From: Monocercomonoides exilis PA203
Lineage: Eukaryota > Protista > Preaxostyla
DNA: 64,000 nt
Direction of reading: 5' to 3'
Assembly: GCA_001643675.2 (NCBI GenBank)
Contig: LSRY02000003.1
Span: 1,116,001-1,180,000, forward strand
A program made the position numbers and the translations under genes. Positions 1-9,405 of this stretch are shown piece after piece. Position 1 is the first letter of the stretch, and each line of letters starts with the position of its first letter. The notes beneath the pieces were generated by a model that saw only the letters and a program-made list of their open reading frames with translations, did not search any database and was not told the DNA's origin.

Positions 1-1236
1 TCTTCGCTCCGCACAAAACGGGGCGGCGAGGGAAAGGGGCGGCAGGTCTGGCGGTCGATGCGGGAGTCGAAGATCTGCCGATGCTGCTGGAAGATCTTGA
101 AGTACGGACACATCCCACGGTCTTTGTCGCACTTGGGCACGGAGCGGAAGAGGATCGTGGAGATCTGAGGGGAGTGGAAGAGGGAAAGAGGGAAAGTGAA
201 AGAAAGAAAGAAAGAAATTAATAAAATAGATTGAGAGAGATAGAGAAAGAGAAAAAAAAATCAAAGAAATGAAAGAAGAAAAGCGGAATGAATTTGAGAT
301 TATAAAATAATGATAATTGAAAAGCGAAAGACATGAAGTGTATTCAATAGAACTACTTTCATTTAGATAAAAACAGAATAAAACATCACTCTCTTTCTAT
401 CTATTTATCTATCTATCTTTCTATCTCACTATCTTTCGCCGGTGGAAAAATTCTTCTCAAAAATTTCAAACTTTAAGAGGTTGAGTCGATGGATAAATCT
501 CTTTGCTTATGATCCTCCAAAAATAATCCACATATCTTCTCTGAGAAGGGATTGCAACACCACCAGTAATTCGATGAGCTCTTCGAATTGCAAAGAAGTT
601 CATGGCCGCTTCAGGCGAATTGAAAAATCCCATTGACAACAAATAGCAGCATATAATAAGCCCTGTTCGACCTTTTCCAGCCTGTAACACAAATATAAAA
701 ATAAAACATCAAGAAACGGAAAAAAAATTCATTTTCAAACTTTGCAGTGAACGGCAACAACATTTCTTTGGTCTGAACGAAGATAATCTTTCATCCACTG
801 AATTACGGGGAAAACCTTATGTAATTCTGGTGCGTGATGATCAGGAAATCCAAAATCTTTAACGGAATTGTGAAACTTCGAATAATCATATTTCAATTGT
901 GAAAGGTTTAAAACGGTATAATGACCAAAATGTCGCTCATCCAGAAAAGAAGACACTTGCGCTAAACTATTTCGATACATGCTTTCAACTCCTTCTGCAG
1001 GAAGGCCCATTGCTATTAAAAACAAGAAACAATATTCCCACGGAAAAAGAAGCATTCATGCAAATAATAATTTATCAAAAAATTGTTCCATCCAAATTAG
1101 TGAAAAAGATTATTTTCGCTAAATGCAAACCAATAACATTTGAGGTGATATATGTAAGATCAAGATTGTATTTCTTATCTATCAAACGGACACGATCGCC
1201 CGATACTTTTGTTCGAATAAAGTTAATGACTGACAT
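1..1236 (-). CDS. PTEN: PTEN-like phosphoinositide 3-phosphatase (spliced, 3' end runs off the window)
   Basis: Exons 1236-1131, 1012-741, 681-472 and 164-<1 join through GT..AG introns in consistent phase. They give MSVINFIRTKVSGDRVRL..YNLDLTYITSNVIAMGLPAEGVESMYRN..FPDHHAP..VHCKAGKGRTG..IPSQRRYVDY, then a C2-like start ISTILFRSVPK..CPYFKI. HCKAGKGR is the PTEN P-loop. Confidence 0.93.
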
Positions 1237-2226
1237 TTTTCTTATGATGAAGCGAAATAGCTAAGTGCATATAACCAAAGATAGTAAATAAAAAATTGTT
1301 TTAAAAAAATTGATGATCTTGGGCTATCAAATAATGGTTAATATTATTGAATCATTAGATATTTAACCATAACTATGAACTGTTTCGTAAAAAATTATAA
1401 ATTCTGGATACAAACAAGTTTTTTCAAATAGTTCAACTTGTTAGACGAAACATCTATGTTGTTCCTGTAATTACTCATTCTTTCGATAAATATAGTTTTT
1501 TTACTGATAAACCATGAAAAACCCGTAACAAGTCTGTCTTTCTCGTAATAACCCTGTCTTTTTTGGTATTCATTTAAATGAAATTGTTGTGGGATAATGA
1601 AAAAAACTTTCAAATCCATCAGTCAGCGAATGAATTTCTATATTTGATTGATTTCATTTGTATATTATGTTGTGAACATTCATTCTCGATGAAAAAATGA
1701 CATAATTTTCGTTTATCAATAGAAAAATTGGTCGAATATTGGAAATATTTTCCATTGTTTTTTGCAAATGTGTGAATGTTTTTTTTGTTGTTTTTTTGAA
1801 ATTCAAAAAATCTCCAGAAACATCATTATATCTCAATGCAACAATAGTTTCCATAAAAGGAAATACTCTTTGACAGATATCATGAGTTATTCTCGTAACA
1901 AATGCTTCTTATCCGTTATAACTGCGACTTATTAGTAATAAGTTCATTATTCAGAAAAGAATCATACTCTTTGTAAAATATCTATAATTGAGTATGATTG
2001 ATCACATTTTTTGGTTAATGCACAATATACGACCGTAAATAAAATTAACATATGTTGAAGCTTTGATGATAACATGTCGTGCACATATGTTTTTTTCTTT
2101 CAACCATTTGCGGAAACTCGAAAAAAAAAAATATTATATTTTTTGCGTAATTATTTTTTGATCAAAAATTTTTTCTTATTTTCAATCAAATTTTCAAAAA
2201 TTTTTGCAATTAGAGATTGATATGCA

Positions 2227-3624
2227 GGCAAATTAAAAGAATATCGGAACTTTCAAATTATGATTATTCTTGTTTCTATTGATTTCTTTTGTGTTTATAA
2301 AGTATTGAAATGTGAAAAAAGTTGTCGGAAAACGTTTAAAAAAACTTTCAATAATTTTTTATTCAAGCTGATCAAATGAAAATTTCTGCTTATTCATCAG
2401 AATAATTAGAAGCATCCTCTCCGTCATCAACGCTATTTGAATCTTCTTCTTTTTCATCATCACGCGGCCCATGCAGTATATCGTCAGCATCAGGAATTTC
2501 TTCATTTTCTGAAAAATCAATTTCTTCATCAGCAATAATGGGTTTTTCTTCTGGAATAAAATGAATCATTTTTTGCAAAATATCAGCAAAACTTGGTTTA
2601 AGATTCCTTTGAACAAGCCACATGGATAAACAATCAGCAATGAATGTTTTCCTTACTCCATGCTTTGGAAAAAACGCTCTTAAATGACTCCATAACCCTT
2701 CAACTGTATTGGTACATGCGCCGGTTTCTGGATCTTTGAAGTTCCTTTTATGACAGACCGTTATATGTTCATAACCAATATCTTTCAGACAATTATAGCT
2801 TTTCCATTCATCACTAATAATTGTTGTGCCTGCTAATATCCTTTCTTGAATAATAGGGATCAATGTTTCTTTTTTCCTGTCTGGCACGATGATAACAAAA
2901 TTTGTTCCAGCTCCTCCTCCTTCCTTCCTCTCAACTCCTCCGAAAATCCACAGCAAATCCTTCTTTCTTCCTCTTCCATATTTCCTTCTCCTCCAAACAG
3001 CCTCATCTATTTCGACGTATTTTCCCGGTCCTCCTAATTTAGGCATCGTTTCGTTCCAAATTTGTGTACACACAACTCTCACAACGCTTGTCCAGTAACC
3101 AATAGTTGGATATGAAACACCCGTCAGCAAATGAATTTGTTTTAATCCAATTCCAATCCAATAGTACAATAGAATCTGCAAAACTATATTTATTGGTAGT
3201 TTCATTTTGGAAAATACGGAATTTTTAAATATTGAGGTTTTTTTTCGGCAAGTTTGACACCAAAGATATTTGTAACCTTCTGTTTCCTCCCTGATTCTCC
3301 TTTTGCTTCTGCATTTAGGGCAATCCTTGGTAGCGAACTCTTGAAAACGTTTGAAAAACCAATTCCACGTTTCTTCTTTATCATGGAAGATCGTATTCAA
3401 TAGAAATACTGTTTGACTATTTTTTTCCTCTTCAGATCTTGCCATTAAACTTTTTTGATCATAAACCATAATTAGAATTTTTTTGACTTTTCCATGTTTT
3501 TTTAAACTTCTTAAAAAGACTTTCCGATAGCTGAAAATTTGCATATTGAATCAATATATAACGTAAATGACTTTCACTATTTTTTCGTGCAAAATTGAGA
3601 GTTCCGATATACTTTCATTTTGCC
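2227..3624 (-). mobile_element. Merlin DNA transposon, family B, apparently intact
   Basis: TIRs GGCAAATTAAAAGAATATCGGAACTTTCAA / GGCAAAATGAAAGTATATCGGAACTCTCAA (rc). Exact 8-bp TSD GATATGCA at 2219-2226 and 3625-3632. The empty site is visible in the second Merlin-A copy near 33973-33980. Confidence 0.95.
2390..3544 (-). CDS. Merlin/ISXO2-like DDE transposase (384 aa)
   Basis: Zn ribbon CPKC..CQTC, HTH region, LGGPGKYVEIDE, WIFGGVER, IISDEWKSY, HITVCH, TNTVEGLWS (D-D-E triad) and an acidic tail. Uninterrupted ORF; the true start may be a downstream Met. Confidence 0.92.
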   Translation of the reverse strand: MQIFSYRKVFLRSLKKHGKVKKILIMVYDQKSLMARSEEEKNSQTVFLLNTIFHDKEETWNWFFKRFQEFATKDCPKCRSKRRIREETEGYKYLWCQTCRKKTSIFKNSVFSKMKLPINIVLQILLYYWIGIGLKQIHLLTGVSYPTIGYWTSVVRVVCTQIWNETMPKLGGPGKYVEIDEAVWRRRKYGRGRKKDLLWIFGGVERKEGGGAGTNFVIIVPDRKKETLIPIIQERILAGTTIISDEWKSYNCLKDIGYEHITVCHKRNFKDPETGACTNTVEGLWSHLRAFFPKHGVRKTFIADCLSMWLVQRNLKPSFADILQKMIHFIPEEKPIIADEEIDFSENEEIPDADDILHGPRDDEKEEDSNSVDDGEDASNYSDE

Positions 3625-3678
3625 GATATGCAAACAAATATTTCTTAACAAATATGATTTAAGCAATGCAACGGTTTT

Positions 3679-4713
3679 TTATTCGGGTTCATATTCAGAA
3701 TGCTCCGCTCCATCGCTAACTTCCATCGAATCCTCAGAAATTTCTTCATTTTGTTCAGCTAAAACTGGCACATCTTCTTCGTCATCATCTTCTTCGTGGT
3801 CTTCCTTTTCTTCTTCAATATATTCATCCACTTTATATTGGCAAATTTCTTTCACAGTTTCAACAAATGTTGATTGTTTTCTTTTTTGAAACACAAAAGA
3901 AGAATTATAATCATCAATGAATTTCTCCTTCAGCCCCGTGCGAGGCAAATCTTTTCGAAATTGGCTCCAAAGTCCCTCAATCATGTTGGTACATATTTCG
4001 CTTTCTGGATCTTTAAAATGATATTCATGGCAGACTGTTTTGTGGCCGTAACCGATTTAACTGAGAGATGAGTACGCTCTCCATTCATCACTGTGAATCA
4101 TAGTTCCAGGTAAGATATTCGCTTGAATGATTGGTAGCAATGTATCTTTTTTCCTATTAGGGACTCTGATAATAAAAAAGCTTCCTTGTTTCCCATCCTG
4201 AGTTCTTTGAACAGCTCCAAAAAGCCAGATCTGCTTCTTCCATCTGCCTTTATGATATTTTCTTCTGTTCAAAATTGCTTCGTCAATTTCCACAATTGTA
4301 TTTTCATCTCCAATTGGCTGAAACGATGATGCTGAGCTCAGTGCCATTGCTGCTGTTGCAAGGGAATGGTAAAAACCAACTGTGTTTCTATGCACACCAA
4401 GAAGTGAAGAAGTTTGCATGATTGAAAGCTTCATCCATTTGAAAAGGAAAATATGCATTAATTTTCCAATTCCTATTTTTTGATTTTCTATTGATAGATT
4501 TGACAGCAGGCTTATTGTTTTATTGCATCTGAAGCACCTCCATTGCCTGGAATTAGGATTTCGTTCATAGAGAACCATTTCCTTGTGACAATTTCTGCAT
4601 TCTATGTATCTTTGATTTAACACTTCATTTCTGAACCATTCCCATGTATCATTTGCGTTATGAAATAATTCTTTGAAGAAGCTAATTTTGAATTTGCGAT
4701 CCTCAATTTGCAT
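3679..4713 (-). pseudogene. Merlin-A transposase with one in-frame TAA (4057-4059)
   Basis: ORFs 4713-4057 and 3984-3679 are in the same frame: CRNC..CFRC, IVEIDE, IHSDEWRAYSSLS*IGYGHKTVCH..TNMIEGLWS. Confidence 0.9.
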
Positions 4714-4941
4714 TCAGAAAAAAATTGCAAAATTAATATTTTGATCAAAAATTTTGATCGATCCCATAATTTGAGTAAAAATTTTATAAATTTCATGGGT
4801 CCAACAAAAAAGTTTCCGCACAAAAAAATTCAAGCAAACCATATAAAACAGTTAATAATATTCTTATAATCATCCACACAGAAAATTGTTAACGGTCGTA
4901 TGTTGTGCACTTACCAAATATTTATATGGAGTTTATAAAAG

Positions 4942-4943
<2 letters not shown>

Positions 4944-5001
<58 letters not shown>
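4944..5001. repeat. Poly-T tract (~58 nt)
   Basis: Seen directly; lies between Merlin-A and the MITE. Confidence 0.9.
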
Positions 5002-5002
<1 letters not shown>

Positions 5003-5366
5003 ATAGGAACAAACAATTTTGGCAAAGGGCTACTTTAAGGGGACCTAAAAAATTTAAAATTAGCTTCATGAAAAGACTAAATGTTTCCAATTGAATTTTC
5101 GTCAACACTCTTTGGTGTTGACAATATGTTTTATTAATCATCTAACTTTTAAAGGGTTCGTTCTCAAAAACAACTGTCCCCTAATTGAATTTATTAATAT
5201 TTTTTAGTGTAATTAATTAATTTTAAAATAATTCGACATTTTTATGTTTTCAAATTTGTTTTTTATTGCCTTATGCAATTGTTTGGGTTGAAAATAACTC
5301 AATTTAAGTATTTAAATGAAGTTTGAAAAAAGTTTCGTAAACATAAGATTTGAAAAAAAAAAAACA

Positions 5367-6671
5367 AGAGATATTGTACATCAGCTATAGATCCATCTCG
5401 ATTAGGTCAATCAATATTATCGATTTATGAATATCTGATGGTTATTATCATCTTGTATAATAAGTTGGATATGCAATTATAATAGGTAGAGATCGATGAT
5501 TATTGCTGATACTCTTAGGGGTTTATCATGATTAGATATTCAGTGATGTTCTATAAAGATGGAGTCATTGATAAGTGTAATCGAGATATATCAATAGCTA
5601 ATATACCATATCTCCAAGGAGGAGAATTAGCTAAAAGATTAACTGAAACGGAGACGAAGTCTCCTAAGCAACTTCGTTGCGAAGTGTTCAAGTTGGTAAA
5701 TTAGTGGTGAAATTGTGTGTTATCGTTGATGAAATACATGAGTTATATGTTGAACGTGTTATGTGTCGAAGGTGTTTGTTGAACGTCGGTGTTATCGTTC
5801 GTGTAATCGTTGGTGAAAGTGTCGAAGTTGGTGAAATAGTGTGAAAATTGATGAAATTGTCGATGAAAAACATGAGTTGAACATGTGATGTTATCGTTGA
5901 TGTGAACGTTGGTGAAAACCGCAAATAAAAATAATTAAGTTTTTTGTTTTATAGTCAATGGGTCGGAAGAAGATATACACAACTGTGGAAGAAGCGAAAG
6001 CGGCTCAACAGAAACAAATTAAACAGTTTCAGAAAAAACGTAAGGAAGAAACTAAGTATTACAACGAACATGTATCTGAAAAACAGAAGAAGTTGATTAA
6101 GTATCTGAGGAGAAAGCTTATCGAAAGTGATGAGTTGTTAGATGAGTTGATGGAAAAAGTTAATGGTTAAGGTGAATGTGTTTATTTTTTGGTTGGAAGA
6201 GTTAATGGTGTTCGCAACGAACGCAGACTTTGTCTCGGTATCAAACAGTAGTCACGATGACATTGTGGTGGATTGCTAACATCAATATTTTTTGAACAAA
6301 TGGCAGTATGGTGGATTGCCACATCGATGTTTTTCACTTGATTTTGGTGTTATTTTGGTGTATTTAGCTTGAAAAAGTTGTCAATCGGTGTCCAGGATAC
6401 CGAATTGTGGCAATATCGAGATGCTTGGGGAAGGGAAATATTGACTAAAATCTCCGTGCTGGAAGCGTAAACAGATAAACCGGTAAACCGGATCTTTTTA
6501 TTTCGTCTGAAAAGAGCTGCCAACATGCCATTTTTGCCAACATGGGCAATTTACCCCTAATTTGGTATGATTTTGAGGGTTTTTATTTATTTTCGATTAT
6601 GTTGTCATCTTGCCACATTGCCACATGGAATCGTTGATGTTACACATTATTTATATTGTTAGTGGCACACA
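5367..6671 (+). repeat. Left TIR of the PrimPol-helicase element
   Basis: Reverse complement of 9406-10709. The differences I saw were one T in a homopolymer near 5940 and a 5-nt block at 5375-5379. Confidence 0.95.
5958..6170 (+). CDS. Small basic helical protein (70 aa) encoded in the left TIR, putative DNA-binding
   Basis: ATG-started MGRKKIYTTVEEAKAAQQKQ.., K/E-rich coiled-coil composition; identical copy in the right TIR. Confidence 0.65.
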   Translation: MGRKKIYTTVEEAKAAQQKQIKQFQKKRKEETKYYNEHVSEKQKKLIKYLRRKLIESDELLDELMEKVNG

Positions 6672-7018
6672 TCAGTTATATCGTCAGTGACACACATCAG
6701 TTGAACCGTCAGTTGTTTCGAACAGTCATCACTCTGCACCGGGTTGATAGTGCAGGTAATGTGAGTGATGCTGTGGTGTGGAAATATTGGGTTAAATCTC
6801 CGAGCTTATCACCTAGACTGGGTGGACCGGGTCAAATATATTCTGGAAATTATGTGGGCAAACAAGCAAACTGAGCAAATTGGGAAAAATACATTTAATG
6901 TGAAAATTAACTGTTTTCCGTCAAAGTTCGACATTAACCTCAACATCATCTTCCCCGTTATTTCACGTTTCAAAAATAAATCTGTTTCAAAAAAATTTGT
7001 TTTTTTTATTTTTATAAA

Positions 7019-9394
7019 ATGACAAACCCCCAAACAGACTCTGACAACGTAATCCAACAACTAATTGATTCAATTTCAACAGAACAGCAAACGCTGGGAG
7101 AACGAATGAAAGATCACCTTGTTAACTTGTTCGACTACAAGAAATACTCTGACAAGAAGCAGGGCCAACGACACACTGGAACAGCTGTCGATATCAGGAA
7201 ATGTGAGGATTTTTGTGTCGTTGATGTTGATATCAACAAATCCCTGCAAACTGAACATAAGAAAACCATTAGGAATTCCATCCTCGAGAAACTCCCCCGA
7301 AATGTCGGACTTGTTCAAACAGTTAATGGTGGTATTCACATTTATTGTGAGCTGTGTGATTATCCCCTCAGATGTTCTTCACAAACGAAAGTGTTCACAA
7401 GTCCAGAGTACGATATCGACATTTTTGCAGGTATTGGAGATGGAAAACAGAGGCTTGTTGTTCAAGCTGACTCTTCATGCAGAGAGATGAAAGATGGCAA
7501 GAGAATCATCACCAAATACATTCCCCTCAACAATTACAGACAGCTCACAGATCTTTCATCACTCGAGAGTGTTCTTGTCGTTTTCGGCATTGACCTCAAA
7601 ACAGAGAATACATCAGCGACAATAGCAGCTGAACCACACAATCTTCTCACACAAGATGGAGTCGTTGATATGTCTCCAACTGTCGCTCTTGCTCTTGTTG
7701 ATGGACTCAAAGATGTTGAAATACATAACTACACAGGTTCTTTGTCACTTGATTCTGAGTTAACTCTTTTACCGTTGTTTGCAGCTCTCAACTCTCTCTT
7801 CAACATTAACGGTTTCGACAACAAATCGATTGATTTTCTTTGCAATCAAATCAGAGAGACAGCTGCTCTGACAGCAAATGCAATCACTCGCTTTGAAGAG
7901 AAACGAAACAGGCATAGAGATAACAAGTCGCATCCATTTGTTCTGCAAAAGATTGTCAAGAGATGGAATCCAACATATTACAACGATGTGAACATTCCAC
8001 TCCTCAGAAAAGAGAATGAGCAAAAGGAAGAACCTCCACGAGAGATTACTGTTCATGAAATAGATCTCAACTCATCGTTCTCGTTCTCTGAAATCAGGGA
8101 TAAAGCTTGTCGAAAACAATATTCCTCACTATCTGAAGTCGCTGAAGATCTCACAAAAGTTCTGAGGTTTGTCGAAGCAAGGATGGAATTCATTGTGAAA
8201 GAGTTTGACATTCACACCTCTTGTTATTCAATTCCATTCAAGACAAAATCAGCAATGTCCGAACTGTTCAAAACAATAAAACTCTGGCATGATGATAAAA
8301 AGACTCTCACAGTTGAGACAGCTTCCGAACAATACTCTCATGTTCTATCGATTGATAGGGTGAAGTTCTTCTCAGATTACACTCGGATATTCTCTCTGTT
8401 CCATGGGTTCAAATACCAAATGGAAAACGAACAAAATGACGAAATCATCAAACCATTCCTCGATTTCACACGAGAAGTTATCGCCAACAACAACGAAGAA
8501 CTCTATCAATACATCCTCTGTTGGATTTCGTCAATTGTTCAAAATCCTGGTAAAAAAGCAGAAACATCACTTGTTCTCAAAGGTTTGCAAGGTATTGGAA
8601 AGAATGTCTGGACAAATGTTCTTGCTGAACCGTTGGCAGGATATTCATGTTCAAATGTCACAGAGATTGCAGAACTGACAGGTCAGTTCAACTCCATCGT
8701 CGAAGGGAAAATGCTGATTGTTCTTAACGAATTGAAGAATGTTGGAGATGATCGAACAGCTAACTTTGATGCGTTGAAGAATATAATCACGGATTCAACA
8801 ATCAGAATCAACGAGAAGAATTAGCCAAGAAGAACAGCTGAGAACGTTGCTAATTTCATATTTGTGACAAATCACACATACCCGGTAAAGATTGAGATTG
8901 GTGACAGGAGTTATATTGTTTGTAATTGAAACTCAAAAAATAAGAACAATCTCACATTCTTCAAGGATTTCACAAGCTCTTTCGACAAAGAATTCTATAG
9001 ACAACTTCTCTTTTATTTCCTCAGCAAAGATCTCTCCAATTTCAACACCAGGTCTATTCCAACAACAGAGGCAAAGGAAGATATCATTGCAGCGTCACTC
9101 TCTGTCATCGATGTGTTCTATCAGGAGCATTGCAATAAACTCAAAGAATGGTGGAGATGTTCTGAAGCACTATGTTTCAGACCAGTTGAATACAAGAATG
9201 ATCGCTCATTCCAACTAGCCATTATAGACAGATGTGAGCACAAGAGAATGGGTGGAAGAGATGGCCGAGTGTGGTGTTATAAACTTAAGCCAGAGTATGA
9301 ACAACTCCTCAGACGACGAGAAAATGAAGATGACATGGACTGTTCTGTGGAAATCAACAAAACATATTCGTTTTTTGGGATCATTAATATATAA
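7019..9394 (+). pseudogene. AEP-type primase-polymerase fused to a D5-like SF3 helicase (~791 codons; in-frame stops TAG 8822-8824 and TGA 8927-8929)
   Basis: N-terminal AEP motifs VVDVD, QTVNGGIHIY, DIDIF. Helicase Walker A LKGLQGIGKN, Walker B LIVLNE, then INEKN*PRRTAENVANFIFVTN (motif C) and GDRS (Arg-finger position). The same frame continues through KDLSNFNTRSIPTTEAKEDII to TAA at 9394. Confidence 0.88.
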
Positions 9395-9405
9395 ACTATA
9401 TAATT

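Larger units (their letters stand above)
2013..4915 (-). mobile_element. Merlin (IS1595/ISXO2-like) DNA transposon, family A copy 1, interrupted by nested Merlin-B
   Basis: Imperfect TIRs GGTTAATGCACAATATACGACCGT (from 2013) and GGTAAGTGCACAACATACGACCGT (reverse complement ending 4915). Near-identical to 32690-34184 once 2227-3624 is removed. No clean TSD (CATTTTTT vs AAATATTT). Confidence 0.9.

Noticed and set aside
1395-1854. Two short minus-strand ORFs upstream of PTEN
   Set aside because: No recognisable motif; possibly a decayed remnant but unsupported.
2227-4915. Bacterial IS1595 elements or contamination
   Set aside because: They are embedded among spliced eukaryotic genes, and the features fit eukaryotic Merlin transposons.
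4911-5141. Poly-Lys ORF or retroposon tail
   Set aside because: The ORF is a translation of the poly-T run and crosses a MITE boundary; there is no RT ORF or matching TSD.
5688-5924. Thr-rich ORFs (also 10095-10388) in the TIRs
   Set aside because: They have non-ATG starts and are a by-product of the strand-biased short-repeat tract.
4057-8824. In-frame TAA/TAG at plausible Gln positions (Merlin-A, helicase) suggesting a TAR=Gln code as in some oxymonads
   Set aside because: Host ORFs of 1268, 1782 and 862 codons contain no internal TAA/TAG, the TAG at 39318 aligns with TCG (Ser), and the helicase also has a TGA. Ordinary nonsense mutations explain the stops.
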